Shown piece by piece: positions 22,645 through 35,429 of a stretch of 64,000 bases of DNA. Numbering within the stretch: the stretch's first letter is position 1; each line of letters begins with the position of its first letter. Made by a program: the position numbers and the translations under genes. Source of the stretch: Isurus oxyrinchus (lineage: Eukaryota); contig JANJGN010000008.1 of the NCBI GenBank assembly GCA_026770705.1, positions 25,544,001-25,608,000 of the forward strand. Direction: 5' to 3'. The notes beneath the pieces were generated by a model, which was given only the letters and a program-made list of their open reading frames with translations, was not told the origin of the DNA and made no database searches.

Positions 22645-25600
22645 ATGGCTTTATCCATGGCTAAAACTTCTTTGGAACTTGAAAGCTATAACTCTGATTG
22701 GGTTACATAAAGTATCTAAGGATAAGTTAACAGAGTTGGCGGAAACGTTACAGTTGAGGTTACCTTTAGGGGCAAAGAACTAGAGGCAGCAGAAAAAGGG
22801 AAAAAGACGAATTATACCAAAAAGAAATGGAAATGCGAAAACTTAATCTCCAGAGGGAAAAGTTAGCAAGGGAAGAGAGAATAAAGGAAAGAGACAGAGA
22901 GAATAAAGGAAAGAGACAGAGTCCCAGCTTAAAAAGTTGGATTTTAAAAAGGAGATATCAGATGCTGAGGAATGTTCTAATGATGAAAAAAACCTTTAAT
23001 CTAAAACCTAGTGGGGAGATGTTTAAATTTGTTCAAGCTCTTCTGAAGTTTGAGGAAAGGGATGTGGAGGCATTTCTAATTTCATTTGAGAAGATAACTA
23101 AACAAATGAAATGGCCGGAGGAAAATTGGACATTATTGTTACAATCTAGGTTGGAGGGTAGAGCACGTGAGGTTTATGCTTCACTGTCAGAAGAAATGTC
23201 GGTGGACTATCATGTGGTAAAAATGGTTATTTTGAGTGCATATGAGTTGGTGCCTAAAGAATACAGGCAGAAATTTAGGAATATGAGAAAACAGCCTGGG
23301 CACTTATATTGAACTTGAGAAAGTAAATGAAAATTGACCGGTGGATACGGGTATTAAAGATAGAGACAACATATGCAACTCTCAGAGAAGTAATTCTTTT
23401 GGAATAATTTAAAGATTCAATTCTATCAGTAATGAGAACTCATGTGGAAGAACAGAGGGTTAAAATAGTAAGACAAGCAGCAGAGATAGCTGGTGGTTAT
23501 GAGTTAGTTCATAGATCTAAACAATTTTTCATCACCTTTTAAAATCAGAGAAGGATAAAAAGTGGGAAGGTGAAAGGAAGTTCGGTGGTCAGGAAAGAGA
23601 AGAAGTAGGTGGAAATTTCCAGGAAGTGTTTTTTCTCAGACTAAAAAGGAAGATGCTGAATGTAGAAGTGACACTTGAAAATGGAGACATTTTCATTGTA
23701 ATAAAGTTGGACACACAAAGTCAGTATGTTGAAAATTACAGGGAATATCTGTTAGGATTATTGGGATGCAGAAGAATTCTGGAAGTAAAAGTACTGTGGG
23801 TTCTGAAGTTCGGGCATAGGAAAAACCAATGGTTAGTGTACAGTTAAAATAGGAAGAATCAGTGATAGGTAAAGAAGTGGGAATGTGTTCACAATTTACT
23901 GAGGAGAGTTCTGAGGAGCAGGTTGCTGACGTGTTTAGAGGTTTTGTATGTGAAGGGGAAGTCTTTCCATGTGTACAGGGTGGAGTAGGTAAATATGTTA
24001 AAATTTTAAGAGACAAATGGGCTAGTGAATCCTTAATGTTATGGGATAGTTATATTTGCTCAGAAGGATATTGCAAAAACAGATGATAATAAGTGGGGTT
24101 CATGGAGATGCTAAACCTATTCCATTGTGGAAGGTAAATTTAAAGAGTGAGTGGAAAATATGTAAGGTGATTGTTGGAGTAGTGGAAAAAAATGCCCATT
24201 GCAAGAATTCAATTTATCTTAGGTAATGATATAGCTGGGTCACAGATGTGGGTGATGCCTATGGTAGTTGAGCAGCCCGTAGAAGTGTTTTCAACAGAAG
24301 TGTTACAGAAAGAGCATCCTGGATTGTTTCCAGATTGTGTGGTAGCAAGATCACAAGCTCATAGGTTGAAACAGGAAAGATAGGAAGTTAAAAGGCAGGG
24401 AGAAGGTGTGGAAGTTCAATTAACTGACACTGTTTTTGATAAGATTGTTCAGGAAGAAAAAATGGAGGGTACTGCAGCTGAGATATTTACATCAAGATAG
24501 TTGGTAGAGTTACAGAAAGTGCATATGCAAATATGACAGTGATATCATACAGCTTACTCATAAAAATAGGCAGAATCTATTCCAGAATGTTATAACCTTA
24601 AAGGTAATGTGTAAATGAGAAAGTGGTGGCTGTATCATGTTTCAGCTGATGAAAACTGGAGGGAAGTACATCAGATTGTTATACCATTTGGATATAGAAA
24701 TGAGATCCTAGGAATAGCTCATGAAATTCAATTAGGGGGACATTTAGGAATTAGAAAGACAGGCAAAAATATAAAAAATATTGTTGTTGGCCTGGATTGC
24801 ATAGGGATGTAGTCAAATTCTGTTGAACATGTCGCACCTGTCAGGTGATAGGGAAACCACAAGCAGTGATTAAGCCGGCACCTTTAATTCCAATTCCAGC
24901 ATTTGAAAAACCTTTTACTAGGGCCGTGATTGATTGTGTAGAACCTCTCCCTAAGACTAAAAGTGGAAATCAGTACTCACTGACAATACTAGATGTGTCT
25001 ATAAGGTTTCCTGAAGTGATATCTTCGAGAAATATTACAACAAAGAAAATTCTGGAAGAATTGACTAAATATTTTACAAGATTTGGTTTACCAAAAGAAA
25101 TACAATCAAATCAGGATTCAAATCTCATGTCACAGCTGTTTAAGGAAGTAGTGAACAGTTTGGGGATTAAAACGGTTTAAGTCAACAGCTTATCCTGAGT
25201 CACAAGGGGCTTTGGAACAATGACATCAAACTTTAAAAACTATGATGAGGGCATATCCCACAGGATTGGGATGGGGGAATTCCATTCTAGTTATTTGCTA
25301 TTAGGGATGTTCCTAATGCATCGACTGGTTTTAGTCCTTTTGAACTAGTCTATGGTCATGAGGTAAGGGGACCACTGAAAATGATTCATCAGAAATTGGT
25401 GGGTCAAAATTCAGAAAGTACTCTCCTGGATTATGTATCATACTTCAGAGAAAGGGTGGACAGAGCATGTGAGTTAGCTAGAGAACATTTAAAGATATCA
25501 CAGCAAGTGATGAAAGTAAAGGCAGACAGGGAAGCTACAGCCCATGGTTTTCTTTTGGGGGCAAAAGTGTTAATTTTGTTACCAGTACTAGGTGACTCAT

Positions 25601-26100
25601 TAAAGGCACTGTTTAGTGGGCCTCACAGGATTGAAAAGAACCTGAGTGAAGTAAATTATTTAATAAATACTCCAGAAAGAAGGAAGAGGCAGACAACATG
25701 CAGTGAAAACATGCTTTAAAAGTACTTTGACAGGGAAGAGAACCAAAAGGAGGTATTAGTGGTGGTAGATAAGGAAAAAAAGGTAGAAATGAAGGATTCT
25801 GCACTTAATTTTACTCTAATCAAATTGGATAATGAGGGGGGTACTTGAAAATTTACATGTGAATATTGAGTTACCTTCCAGACAAGTGTCAAATTGATTT
25901 GGAGAAGCTATTGCAGTCACACAAAGCTATTTGTGTGAATAATCTGGAGAGGACAAATTTAACTATACATGATGTGTGTATGGAAGTGTCATCTTTGCTA
26001 AGGCAACATCCTTATATATTAAATCTGGCAAAGTTATCACAAGCACAGAAAGAAATTGAATTCATGCTTCAAAATGACATCATTGAATCTAATTGCAGAT
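22645..26100 (+). pseudogene. Element D gag (SCAN-like capsid), protease, integrase and RT start
   Basis: FEERDVEAFLISFEK...WTLLLQSRLEGRAREVY (gag), ILRDKWAS (protease), AHEIQLGGHLG, PFTRAVIDCVEPLPKTKSGNQY (integrase), then RQHPY (RT start). The rest of RT and RNase H are absent. Confidence 0.88.
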
Positions 26101-26383
26101 GATGAGATTTCCTAAAAAAAATACCCAAAGGCCGCCTGGCCGATTCGCCCATCTGCTAACTATAAGGTTGGACGGCAGCGATAAAAGAGCTTTTATCTAA
26201 TTGATTAATGACCTTAATAGGACTCTTGATTTTTAGTGGGCACACTGCCATGCGTTCGCCCGCCGACCGAAATATCACACAGGTGCGCAATGACGTCGGG
26301 ACGCTTGCCCGACATCATCACCTGATTTTTTACATCTGATTGGGTCGGCTGTGTGCCCACACATGGCATGTAAAATCCCTTCC
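26100..26383. mobile_element. Partial MITE (subfamily A) at the RT/RNase H deletion of element D
   Basis: Matches the right half of 13831-14502 (GACCGAAATATC...TGACGTCGGGA). Only one TIR is present. Confidence 0.75.
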
Positions 26384-27420
26384 TCGGACACTGGGCCGGA
26401 AGGATTTGTACACATTTTGTTATGTCAATGCATGCACCTGGTAATGTAAGATGGGTTAAGAAAATGAAGGCGTCTTTTTAAATTATGACAGTTCATTTTC
26501 CCAGAAGGAGGATAGTGTCATGAAAATATAACAATTCTCATAATATTATTGTGATTTATTGTAAAGGTAGGTTAATAGTGGGTTTTAATAGCTTCTGTGT
26601 GTGTGTTGGGGGGGGGGGGCGCGGTGCGGATTTAATTGAATTGGAGAAAACTGGTCTGGAAGGTTTGAGTCATCAAAAAGAAGCTAGGTTTGAAATGTTA
26701 AATATGTAAATATGGCTGAAGTTTTAGAACGTGAGGTGTAAGGAAAATTTGCATTTTTAGATAAACTAGTATAGTTTGAGTTTCAGAGATGGTAAGATGT
26801 TACATCTAGCCAGAAGCTAAACCAAACAGTGTGTTTATATTTTCCCAAAGTTTACTGATAATAAGAGCACAATGGAAAGATTTATGTTATGAGCAAGATA
26901 AAGTTCTATATTGGAACAATGAAATTTGCATTAAAAGGGAAAAACATGCTTAAAGAGTCTGAGGCTATGTGTCAAGGAGGAGAAGGCATTCTGGGATCTA
27001 ACACAAGTGTGAAAAACCTCTGCCACTGTGCATCAAGTTGCTGTCTACAGGAACCAAAGCTGAGAAAACTCACTTTTAATTCTCCTGTCCAGGGTATTGT
27101 GTTGCTTTGCCTGGGCCTGTTTAAATCTATTTGTTTTTATTGTTTTCTTAATGGAGGTGTAATTGGGAGCCAGATTAATTAGGGATTTTAAGAGTTATTA
27201 TCATAGTAATTTGTAGGCCTATGGATATGCTTGAAATCTTTTCTTTTGTTAATAAATATTTAATTTAGTTTTCTAAAAATCTCTGAAGTCGCGGTCGTCT
27301 TATTATTTCTGCATTCAGGTTATGTATCTCAAAATAAAATACAAATTGCAAAACAGTTGTGATCAAGTTTCTCTTGTGGATTTGATCCACCTGGCACACA
27401 TCATCTGCCACGTCTTAACA

Positions 27421-29284
27421 AGGTGTGCATTTGAAGCAAGAAAAATGCACATTTCTAGCATCAGAGATAACCTACCTAGGTCACAGTGTGGACGCTATAG
27501 GGTTGCATCCTGCTGAAGACAAGGTCCCAGCAATTAAAGATGCACCATCACCCTCTAGTGTGACACAGCTTAAATCTTTGCTAGGTATGATAAATTACCA
27601 TAGCCGCTTTTCACCTAATCTATCTACTGTACTAGCACCACTAGATTTGTTGCTGAAGAAGAACCACTGCTGGTCATGGGGTTCACAGCAAGAAGACACC
27701 ATTGTAACAATAAATAAACTGCTTCATTCGTCATGCTTGTTGATACGTTATGACCCATCTAAAGAGCTGGTGTTGGTGTGTGATGCTTCTCCTTGTGGTG
27801 TAGGAGCTGTTCTGTCACATTAAATTGAGGACAGATCAGATAGATCCATTGGCTATGTTTCAAGAACACTCTCCCAAGCTGAAAAGGGCTACTCTCAGTT
27901 GGAAAAAAGGAGGATTGTCAATTGTCAAGAAGTCTCACCAATACCTACACGGGCAACATTTTACAATTGTGTCTGACCAAAAGCTGCTGACAGGTTTGTT
28001 CAGTGAAGGCAAACCTATTCTGCCTATAGATTCAGTGAGAATCCAACATCAAGCTTTGATGCTGTCAGCTTACGAGTACACATTCATGTACTGCCCTGGC
28101 TCACAAATGGCCAATGCAGAAGTACTTAGTTGTCTTCTGTTACTGGGTAGTCTTGTCAATACACCGGTTCCACAAGAGTTAGTGTTTTTGGTAAATTTTC
28201 TGGATTCATCATCTGTATGTGCCAAGCAGATCAAGAATTGGATGAATAGAAATCCAGTACTGTCAAAATTCAAAGACTTTGGGCAGAATTTTGTCGTTGG
28301 TGAGCAGGGGGCGGGGCCCACTCGCCGATGCGTAAAATGATGCAGGATGACGTCGGGCGGAACTCCCGACATCATCCCGCCCCATTTAAATTTTTAGGAA
28401 AGCGGGCCCGCAGCAAGATCAGCTGCGGACTCACCGACCTGTCAATGGCCTCAATTGGCCATTGTCAGGAACATTTAAGCAACTAAAGGGCCTGCCTGCC
28501 TACCTTAAGGTTGGCGGGCAGGCCAGGAGCCCCAGTGGCAAATAGAGAAAACATGAAACCTCATCCACTGGCGGGATGAGGTTTCATGCAGGGTGTTAAA
28601 AAGTATAATAAAGTTATTATGTAAGTTATGAACATGTCCCATCTCATGTGACATTGTCACGTATGGGGGACATGTTAGGGATTTTTTTTTCTCTATTTTT
28701 AATCTTTTTAAAAGTGTCAACAATCTCCCTGAGGCAGCACTTAGCCTCAGGGAGATGTGTGCACTCTCGCCTTTGGGGAATCCCCCCCCCCCCCGTGCCC
28801 ACACAGGAACCCCAAGCGCTTCCCACCGGACGTCACGCTGGATGGGCCTTAATTGGCCCACCCACGTAAAATGGCGGTGGGGCACCACTTCTCTGGCGGG
28901 GAACGGCTCCCCACCTGCCGGAGATTGGGTCAGGCCCACCCGCCCGGCAGGCAGAAAATTCTGCCCTTTGTTTTACAAGGATGGCCAAGAACGCTTGTGT
29001 CTGATGACTCGCGACTATTTTATACCAGAAACACTGAACTGAGTTGTCAAGATGGAATTTTGCTGCGGGGTTCAAGAGTCATGGTCCCATCACAGGGGAG
29101 AGAGTCACTCTTGGCAGAGCTCCACAGTGCACACCCAGGCATATTGAAGATGAAGATGCTGACACGTAGCTATGCCTTGTGGCCAGGAATAGACAGTGAC
29201 ATCAAGAGCATGGTTAAACACTGTTCCCTTTGCCAGCAACATCAGAAGCTACCTGTTTCAGCTCCACAGAGACTTGATTTGTAA
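27421..29284 (+). pseudogene. Element B C-terminal RT, RNase H and integrase zinc finger; integrase core deleted
   Basis: ITYLGHSV, LVCDASPCGVGAVLSH (RNase H) and LHSAHPGI...CSLCQQ (HHCC), followed directly by a terminal RLDL*. Confidence 0.85.
28281..28966. mobile_element. Harbinger-like MITE (subfamily B, reverse orientation) in element B pol
   Basis: TIRs GGGCAGAATTTT / AAAATTCTGCCC and TSD TTT. Confidence 0.92.
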
Positions 29285-32200
29285 TCACCAGAGACTGTAC
29301 AAATGTTTGCTGGTTTTCTGACCTTTTTTATTGTAAATGTAAGAACTTTAAAGGGGGAGGAGTGTAGTAACTAGATGTATTGTCTCCCCCCTCCTGTCAA
29401 TCACTCATTATGTGAGGTGGTTACGGGGCTTTGACCAATAAGCTTAATACGGGGCTTTTTCTTCACCAAACCTGCTGCTCCAACTTATTACAGTCATGCA
29501 TGGAATTGGCCCAGTTGTGATGATGTTTTAGCACTGTTGTAAGGAGATGGGCTCATGGGCAATTGAACATTGCAATATTTAAATGATCCCTAAGCTTTTT
29601 ATTAGAACTGCTGTTCTGTAAAATGCACAGCTTTCAAACTCACAGGATGATATACAATCACAAGTGTAAATTTATTGGAAAAATATATTATTGTTAGAGG
29701 AGAGAGGAATAGTACAGAATGAAATTCAGAACTGTCTACAGATGTATCTCTTTTCACCTCTTATCTATAGGGCCGCAAAAACTTTTGTAAATTGCTGAAA
29801 TATAACCAAACATAATGTCCCTTTCGTTCCCTTTTACTATTTATCAGCATGAATATGCACTAGATTTCAATTGAATATTAGGTTTCCGGTCAATAAGTTT
29901 ATAAATTTATTACATTAGTTTTATCCTCATCTGTTTTAATTAGGGAAAAGTATGTTAAAATATAGATTTTATTTACAGTTAGAACTCTTGTTCTCCTTAA
30001 GGGCCTGAGTTGTGTCAGTAACCATGAAAACAGAAAACAAGCATAAAAAAGCTTGTAATGAGGTTAAAAGGAAGCTAAGGAAGGCCCAAGGCCTTTGCTT
30101 GACCACAGAACTTGCTGTGCCTGTGGTTCGATGGATTTTACTGCAGAGTTGTTTTTTGTGATAGAGCCTAGGAGGTTTGAGTCACTTTCAGCATAGTAGG
30201 GCCAGGAAGGGCAACAGATGGGTGTAGATTTTTATGTGAGTAAAAGGAATGAGAAATGGACATTGCTATCTATCTTAAGGTAATACAAGGGTAATATAAT
30301 TTTAAATTTTTCTTTGTAAACTGTTGGCTTGAATACTGTAATGTATTAAGTGTTTCAATAAAATCATAACTGTCATCAATTTGGAGTCAGCTTCAAAATG
30401 TTGATCACAGTCCACAAGAGACTAAAGATTTCTCAAACTATTAGCACACTGTGCAATAAATTTTGGTTTAAATATATTTACTAAAAGGTTGAAGTTTTAA
30501 GATGAATTAATTACATATCTTTAGCATTACCACCCTAGCAAAATACCACCAATTAACCAATAATCAGATTAATAAACTCAGTAGTGATTTTATACTACTT
30601 TCTCATTGCAAACAAAATACGCTATTAAACAACATTTGAAATAATAATATCCCTGTCCTCAGGAAAAAAGCTTTGTTACAAATCTATTATATATACTCAT
30701 ATTATTATAGAAGTATTGGAATTTATCATCATTAACTGGGATACAGTTGCTGAGGAGTTTTAGAAATTGTGCTACAGTGACCAGAACATTGATAATGGCT
30801 GAAACATATTATTTGCTCTATTGAAAAAGACAGCAGCAATAATAGAAGTGTCAGCCACTGAATGGACTGGCACATCCACCTCACGTAGATGGAAACTACT
30901 TTAAGCACCATCGGGCATTTTTCTATGTTAAAGTTAAAATATAAAAGCAAGTTGTTTATTTTTTAATGAGCCAAATTATCACCTGCCCCAAGCCACCTTT
31001 GACATGCATATTCAAAAAGTGGGGATTGAGAGGATCAGGAATAACCCAGTATCAAAATGCTCCAAAAGTAAAATTATAAGACAAACATTCTTTCAAATCA
31101 TTGTCCTTTCTTGGATCAAGTAAAATTGGGGACAGAGTGGCAGAAGTAAACTCTGAGAGGTGCAATAAAAAGATAAAGGAAACAAGTTTGTATTCTTCTG
31201 CTGGTAGGAGTGAAGAGTAATAGGGGTCTGATGGATGTATTACATGGAGAATGTTGACCCCCTACAGGATATGCTTTCTAAATACATATCAAGGGGCACA
31301 AAGCCTCACCACCACACAGCAATTTATATCAGGAAAATTGTGGAGATAACCCCTGTAATTTTCTGATACAAGTTTCCAGTAGACAAGGTTCTGTGCCAGG
31401 ACCACCTGTACAGATGATCAGCCATTTGTGTCACAACTGTGGGAGGGTAGCTTGTAAAATCAGTTGTTGATGTCCTCCTCTTGAAAATTCTTTAACCAAG
31501 GTGTCATACTGCGGGCCATATCTGTTGACTGTGTCATACACTTCAGATGCCCCTGGACATGTTACAATTGCAGTTGTGGTCTTGCCTCCTGTTTCACCAA
31601 GGTGACAATTGACATCACCTTCTCTGAGGAAGCAACACTGATTTAGGATTCGGCTCAATCTTTCACATGGATATGAACATAGAATTGGTAGACTATTCCC
31701 TTAGAGGTTTAATTCAGTACAGAACTACTATTTTACAATAAATATTATGCTTGCTTGCCATGGTATAAATCTAATCATGGGCATTACTGGTCTAAATAAC
31801 ATGTAATTAATAATATAAAAAAAAACCTTAGCAGAATCTGTATTATATCAAATCTTGCTACCACATATTCAATCCAAAGATTGCATAGCAGGAATGTTAT
31901 GCCACTTTCATCTATGGACTCCTACTCTTTCCTCTTTATCATATAAAAATCAAAATTTTGTTTAACTACCTTTGTATTGAACATGTGGTAAAGACCTTTC
32001 TTCTTATTTCTGTTGCTAACTCATTTCTATACAATGCCACAAAGCAGGATCATTTAAGAAATAGTTATGGCCAGGGCCAGGGAGGGAAATCATGGGCCCT
32101 GGTGCTTTTCCTGTTTCTGGCTCCATTATCTCCATCTCTACCCCGCCCCCACAATGCCTTTAACCCTCCTCCTCAAATCCTTCGGGCCTAGATTTGGGAA

Positions 32201-32299
32201 CCATAGTAACATTGGGGTCGAACTGCTTCATATACATTTAGAAGAACTTATTGGGCTCTTTTACACTATGCATCTATTTAAAGCCCATTGAAAGTTATG

Positions 32300-33517
32300 G
32301 GGCGGAATTGCCCCAGATTTGTACTAAGCGCGGGAGCGGCCGGGTAAAACGACGTTTTATCCATCGGCCACTGTGGCAAGTTTTCACGCCATATCACCCC
32401 AAACTTACTTATGCATTCCTGGGAAACATGCCATTTCCATGGTGGGTGAGCTCAGATCGGCTTCGGCACTTCATCACGCCAGGCATCGCACCGAAAGTAC
32501 AGCCGCGCTCACTGCTGCCAGCCCAGGTCTGCAGCAAAGAAGACATGGCTCCAAAAGGCAAGAAGGCTGCAGCCGTCGAGCACCTTCTGAACGCCGTGGA
32601 CATACACTGTGATTTCCCTACCCCCGCACTGGTCGCAGGAGGGGCAGCTACATTCCACACTGGTTTGGTAGGCGATGGCAGTGGTGATCAGTGCCAATGC
32701 TGCATAAAAGAGGTTGGCTATTCAATGCAGATAGAGGATGAATGATCTCATTCCTGCAGCCTGGTATGGCAACCATTTCATCACTAAACTCACACACTCA
32801 AGCCCATTACACATTCACTGGCATCTCACTCACTGCCAGCTCAAGGAACATCACCACCCGGTCTCTCATACACACCCTCACATCTCCATCTGGCCTCATC
32901 TCCCCTGGAGGCTGCCTCCTCAGCCCTCACCATCTTGAGACCACTTGCACAGATCAACATGTGCCCCATACACACCCTGGGATACCCTCCTTCCTCAGTA
33001 CAGCTCCCGTCCTGAAGCCTCTTCCCTTGCCTGAAGCCACTTGTCCCCCTTCACCAAGCAAGCCCTAGCCCAACAGCCGTTGAAAAGGCACGCACATAGG
33101 GCTAGTCTGGTAGACAGAGGCCTGCCTGTGAGCCCTCTTAATAGCGATGTGATGCTGTTTGTGAAGCCTGGCGCTGATGACTGCGAGTGCTGACCGAAGC
33201 AAAGTAGACAAACAAATCTCAAAGTCCTGAGTGAAATGCAGCTCGCCAAGTGCATACCTTATATGTGAAACACATCGGCATGTTTTCCCACCGATGTGTG
33301 CGGACGAATCAGCAGTGGGGGCAGTGGATGAGTCCGGCGGTCTGGCTTTATAATGATACGCTGATGTATTATAATGGAACATGGCCCATCATTGGCGGGT
33401 GGAGCGGATATCGCAAACTGGTTTCATGACGTGAAACCGATTGTTAGCCTTCTCGCCATATTGTCCACTCATGCCACCAAACACTCCCAACGCCGGTGGA
33501 CACAGAAAATCCCAGCT
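32300..33517 (+). mobile_element. Non-autonomous Harbinger deletion derivative retaining the Myb/SANT exon
   Basis: Both ends match the reverse complement of the ends of 37677-40743. Flanked by (T)ATG on both sides. Encodes MAPKGKKAAA-VEHLLNAVD...ISANAA*KRLAIQCR*RMNDLI at 32545-32765. Confidence 0.8.
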
Positions 33518-34619
33518 ATGGTTTCAGTATGATACTTGGGGCCAGGATTGGTTTGGAGTTAGGTTAGGGTTAGCCTTAAAAAACATTATGGACTACCTTG
33601 TTATGGTTAGGTTTAGTGTTCGAATTGAAACCATTATTGACACATCATTGTCACTGGGCACTTCCTTTTATTCCCTCACACAGACTAGTCAGAAAGTAAC
33701 CTCATGAATTCAAGAAACTGCCTTCTTGCTCAATCCCAAGTTCCTCACTGCTTCCACATCTTTACACTTTTCACACAAAACAATAAACCGTCGGGGGCAT
33801 TAGGCTTGGGTATTTTGTCAGATGTACAGTAGATTCAGATGTTCCAATGGGTACATTCAGTTATCTGAATTTCTCTGAAACTCTTCTGGCAATAACCTGT
33901 CATCAGTCACTCTCTGCTTCCACCTGTCGAACCCCCTATGTTTTTCCATTAGGGTTAGGGTTGTGTTCCAGTGCTTCACCATTGCCCTGCTCCACCTTTT
34001 ACCATCAGATACTTCTAATTGAAAAGTGTTTAACCAGAACTGAGGAATGTGCGACTTTCCGCTACGGAGAGAGTGAAAGTGGCAGAAGGACAGGCTCGAG
34101 CGGAGAATCAAAAGCCAACTGTGAAAATGGGAGCAGACAAAGAGAGATGGAAAAAATATGAGGCTGTGATTGGAGGAACGGAAGGTGGGAATTATATCTG
34201 ACTCACTGTCAGATATCACAGTTTTGGCAGCCAAGGGTAGAAATTACCCAATTTGGCCATCGCCTGTCTTGCCCATGGGAGCTGGAGATTTGCCCCTGCC
34301 CCCAGCCCTGATCTACAGCTCTGTGACAGTCCATTAAAGGGGCTGATAATTGCAATGCTTGACTTGGAATGTGTGATAGCTCAGAGAAACAAATATCCTG
34401 CTTTACTGCAGATTGCACATCTCTCCCTTTCTCATTTACTTTTTCATTTTTAAGTTCAGTGAATAGATGCAATCAGTTTGTACTTTATGTTGCATGCTTT
34501 GCAAAAATTATTTCATTTAAAAATTTAAGCATAGCTGCACTAATCCAAATACATCTCAATCAACCCGCCTCACAAACAGAAAGAGGAGTAGTGCATATTC
34601 CACGATACAAATGTGAACA

Positions 34620-34861
34620 AATAGATAAAAACAAAAAACTGCAGATGCTGGAAATCCAAAACAAAAACAGAATTACCTGGAAAAACTCAGCAGGTCTGGC
34701 AACATCGGCGGAGAAGAAAAGAGTTGACTTTTCGAGTCCTCATGACCCTTCAATAGAACAGTTCTGTTGAAGGATCATGAGGACTCGAAACGTCAACTCT
34801 TTTCTTCTCCGCCGATGTTGCCAGACCTGCTGATTTTTTCCAGGTAATTCTGTTTTTGTTT
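34620..34861. mobile_element. Palindromic Penelope-like terminal-repeat insertion (inverted pLTR dimer)
   Basis: Arms ~34658-34759 and ~34761-34862 are reverse complements with essentially no spacer. Imperfect TSD TACAAATGTGAACA / TACGAATATGAACA. Confidence 0.9.
34722..34798. ncRNA. Back-to-back hammerhead-like motifs on both strands
   Basis: Plus strand 34760-34798: AGTT-CTGTTGA-A-GGATC atgag GACTC-GAAA-CG-TC-AACT. Minus strand 34722-34759: GTT-CTATTGA-A-GGGTC atgag GACTC-GAAA-AG-TC-AACT. Each carries point changes. Confidence 0.5.
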
Positions 34862-35429
34862 TACGAATATGAACACTAGGACCCCACAACTCACTTTGGC
34901 TGCTTGTGTTATAATTAAATCAGGCCAATGAAAAATTAACCTGGAGAAAGAATTAGCATAAAATTCATTTTGAAGGTGTTAGCTGCAGAAATCAGAAGTA
35001 AAACCCCTCTTTGCTGTCCATATAACCATAGGCCTGGGCCCTAACCCTCTTGACCTCTTCTCTAAAGCCTGAAGTCCTCCTGAATGGCTCTTTTGGACAT
35101 TGACCATCCTGAATAATGGGCTACTCAACCAATGAGCTCAGCACCCCCCTCCCCCCATCCCCCATCCCTCCCCAACCCCGCTTAGAGCCCAGAGCCCCAT
35201 TGATTAACATTCTCTGCACCCCCCTCTCCCAGGCTCAGGCTAAGTGTGCTGCCATTTTGCCTTTCATTGTTTTTTGGGGGTGGGAATCTCAGGGAAGTCA
35301 GTGCATTTTTACTGCAAGGCTCATGGCAGAGCACATTTTTTTATGTGACAAACTTCAGGATGTAGTTAAAGTTTTCTCTGAAATCCTACTGGATCCTTTT
35401 AATCAGGAAGATTAGAGCCTCTGACTTCT

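Larger units (their letters stand above)
20899..27420 (+). mobile_element. Gmr1-type Gypsy LTR retrotransposon D nested in the RT of element B
   Basis: ~900-bp LTRs at 20899-22514 (with a MITE inside) and 26516-27420. TSD AAGTG/AGGTG. Degenerate tRNA-Pro-type PBS at ~22517. Domain order is gag, protease, integrase, RT. Confidence 0.9.
18094..29492 (+). mobile_element. Ty3/Gypsy LTR retrotransposon B, with nested Gmr1-type element and MITEs
   Basis: LTRs at 18094-18299 and 29363-29492 (TGTAGTAAC...TTACA; the 3' LTR has an internal deletion). Perfect TSD GTCAT. PBS TGGCGACGAGG at ~18302 and PPT AAGGGGGAGGAG at 29351-29362. Confidence 0.93.

Noticed and set aside
31431-31658. 75-aa ORF with plausible amino-acid composition
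   Set aside because: Non-ATG start, no recognisable motif or convincing splice sites.
33560-33962. TTAGGG-like words suggesting an interstitial telomere
   Set aside because: At most two consecutive units, which is insufficient.
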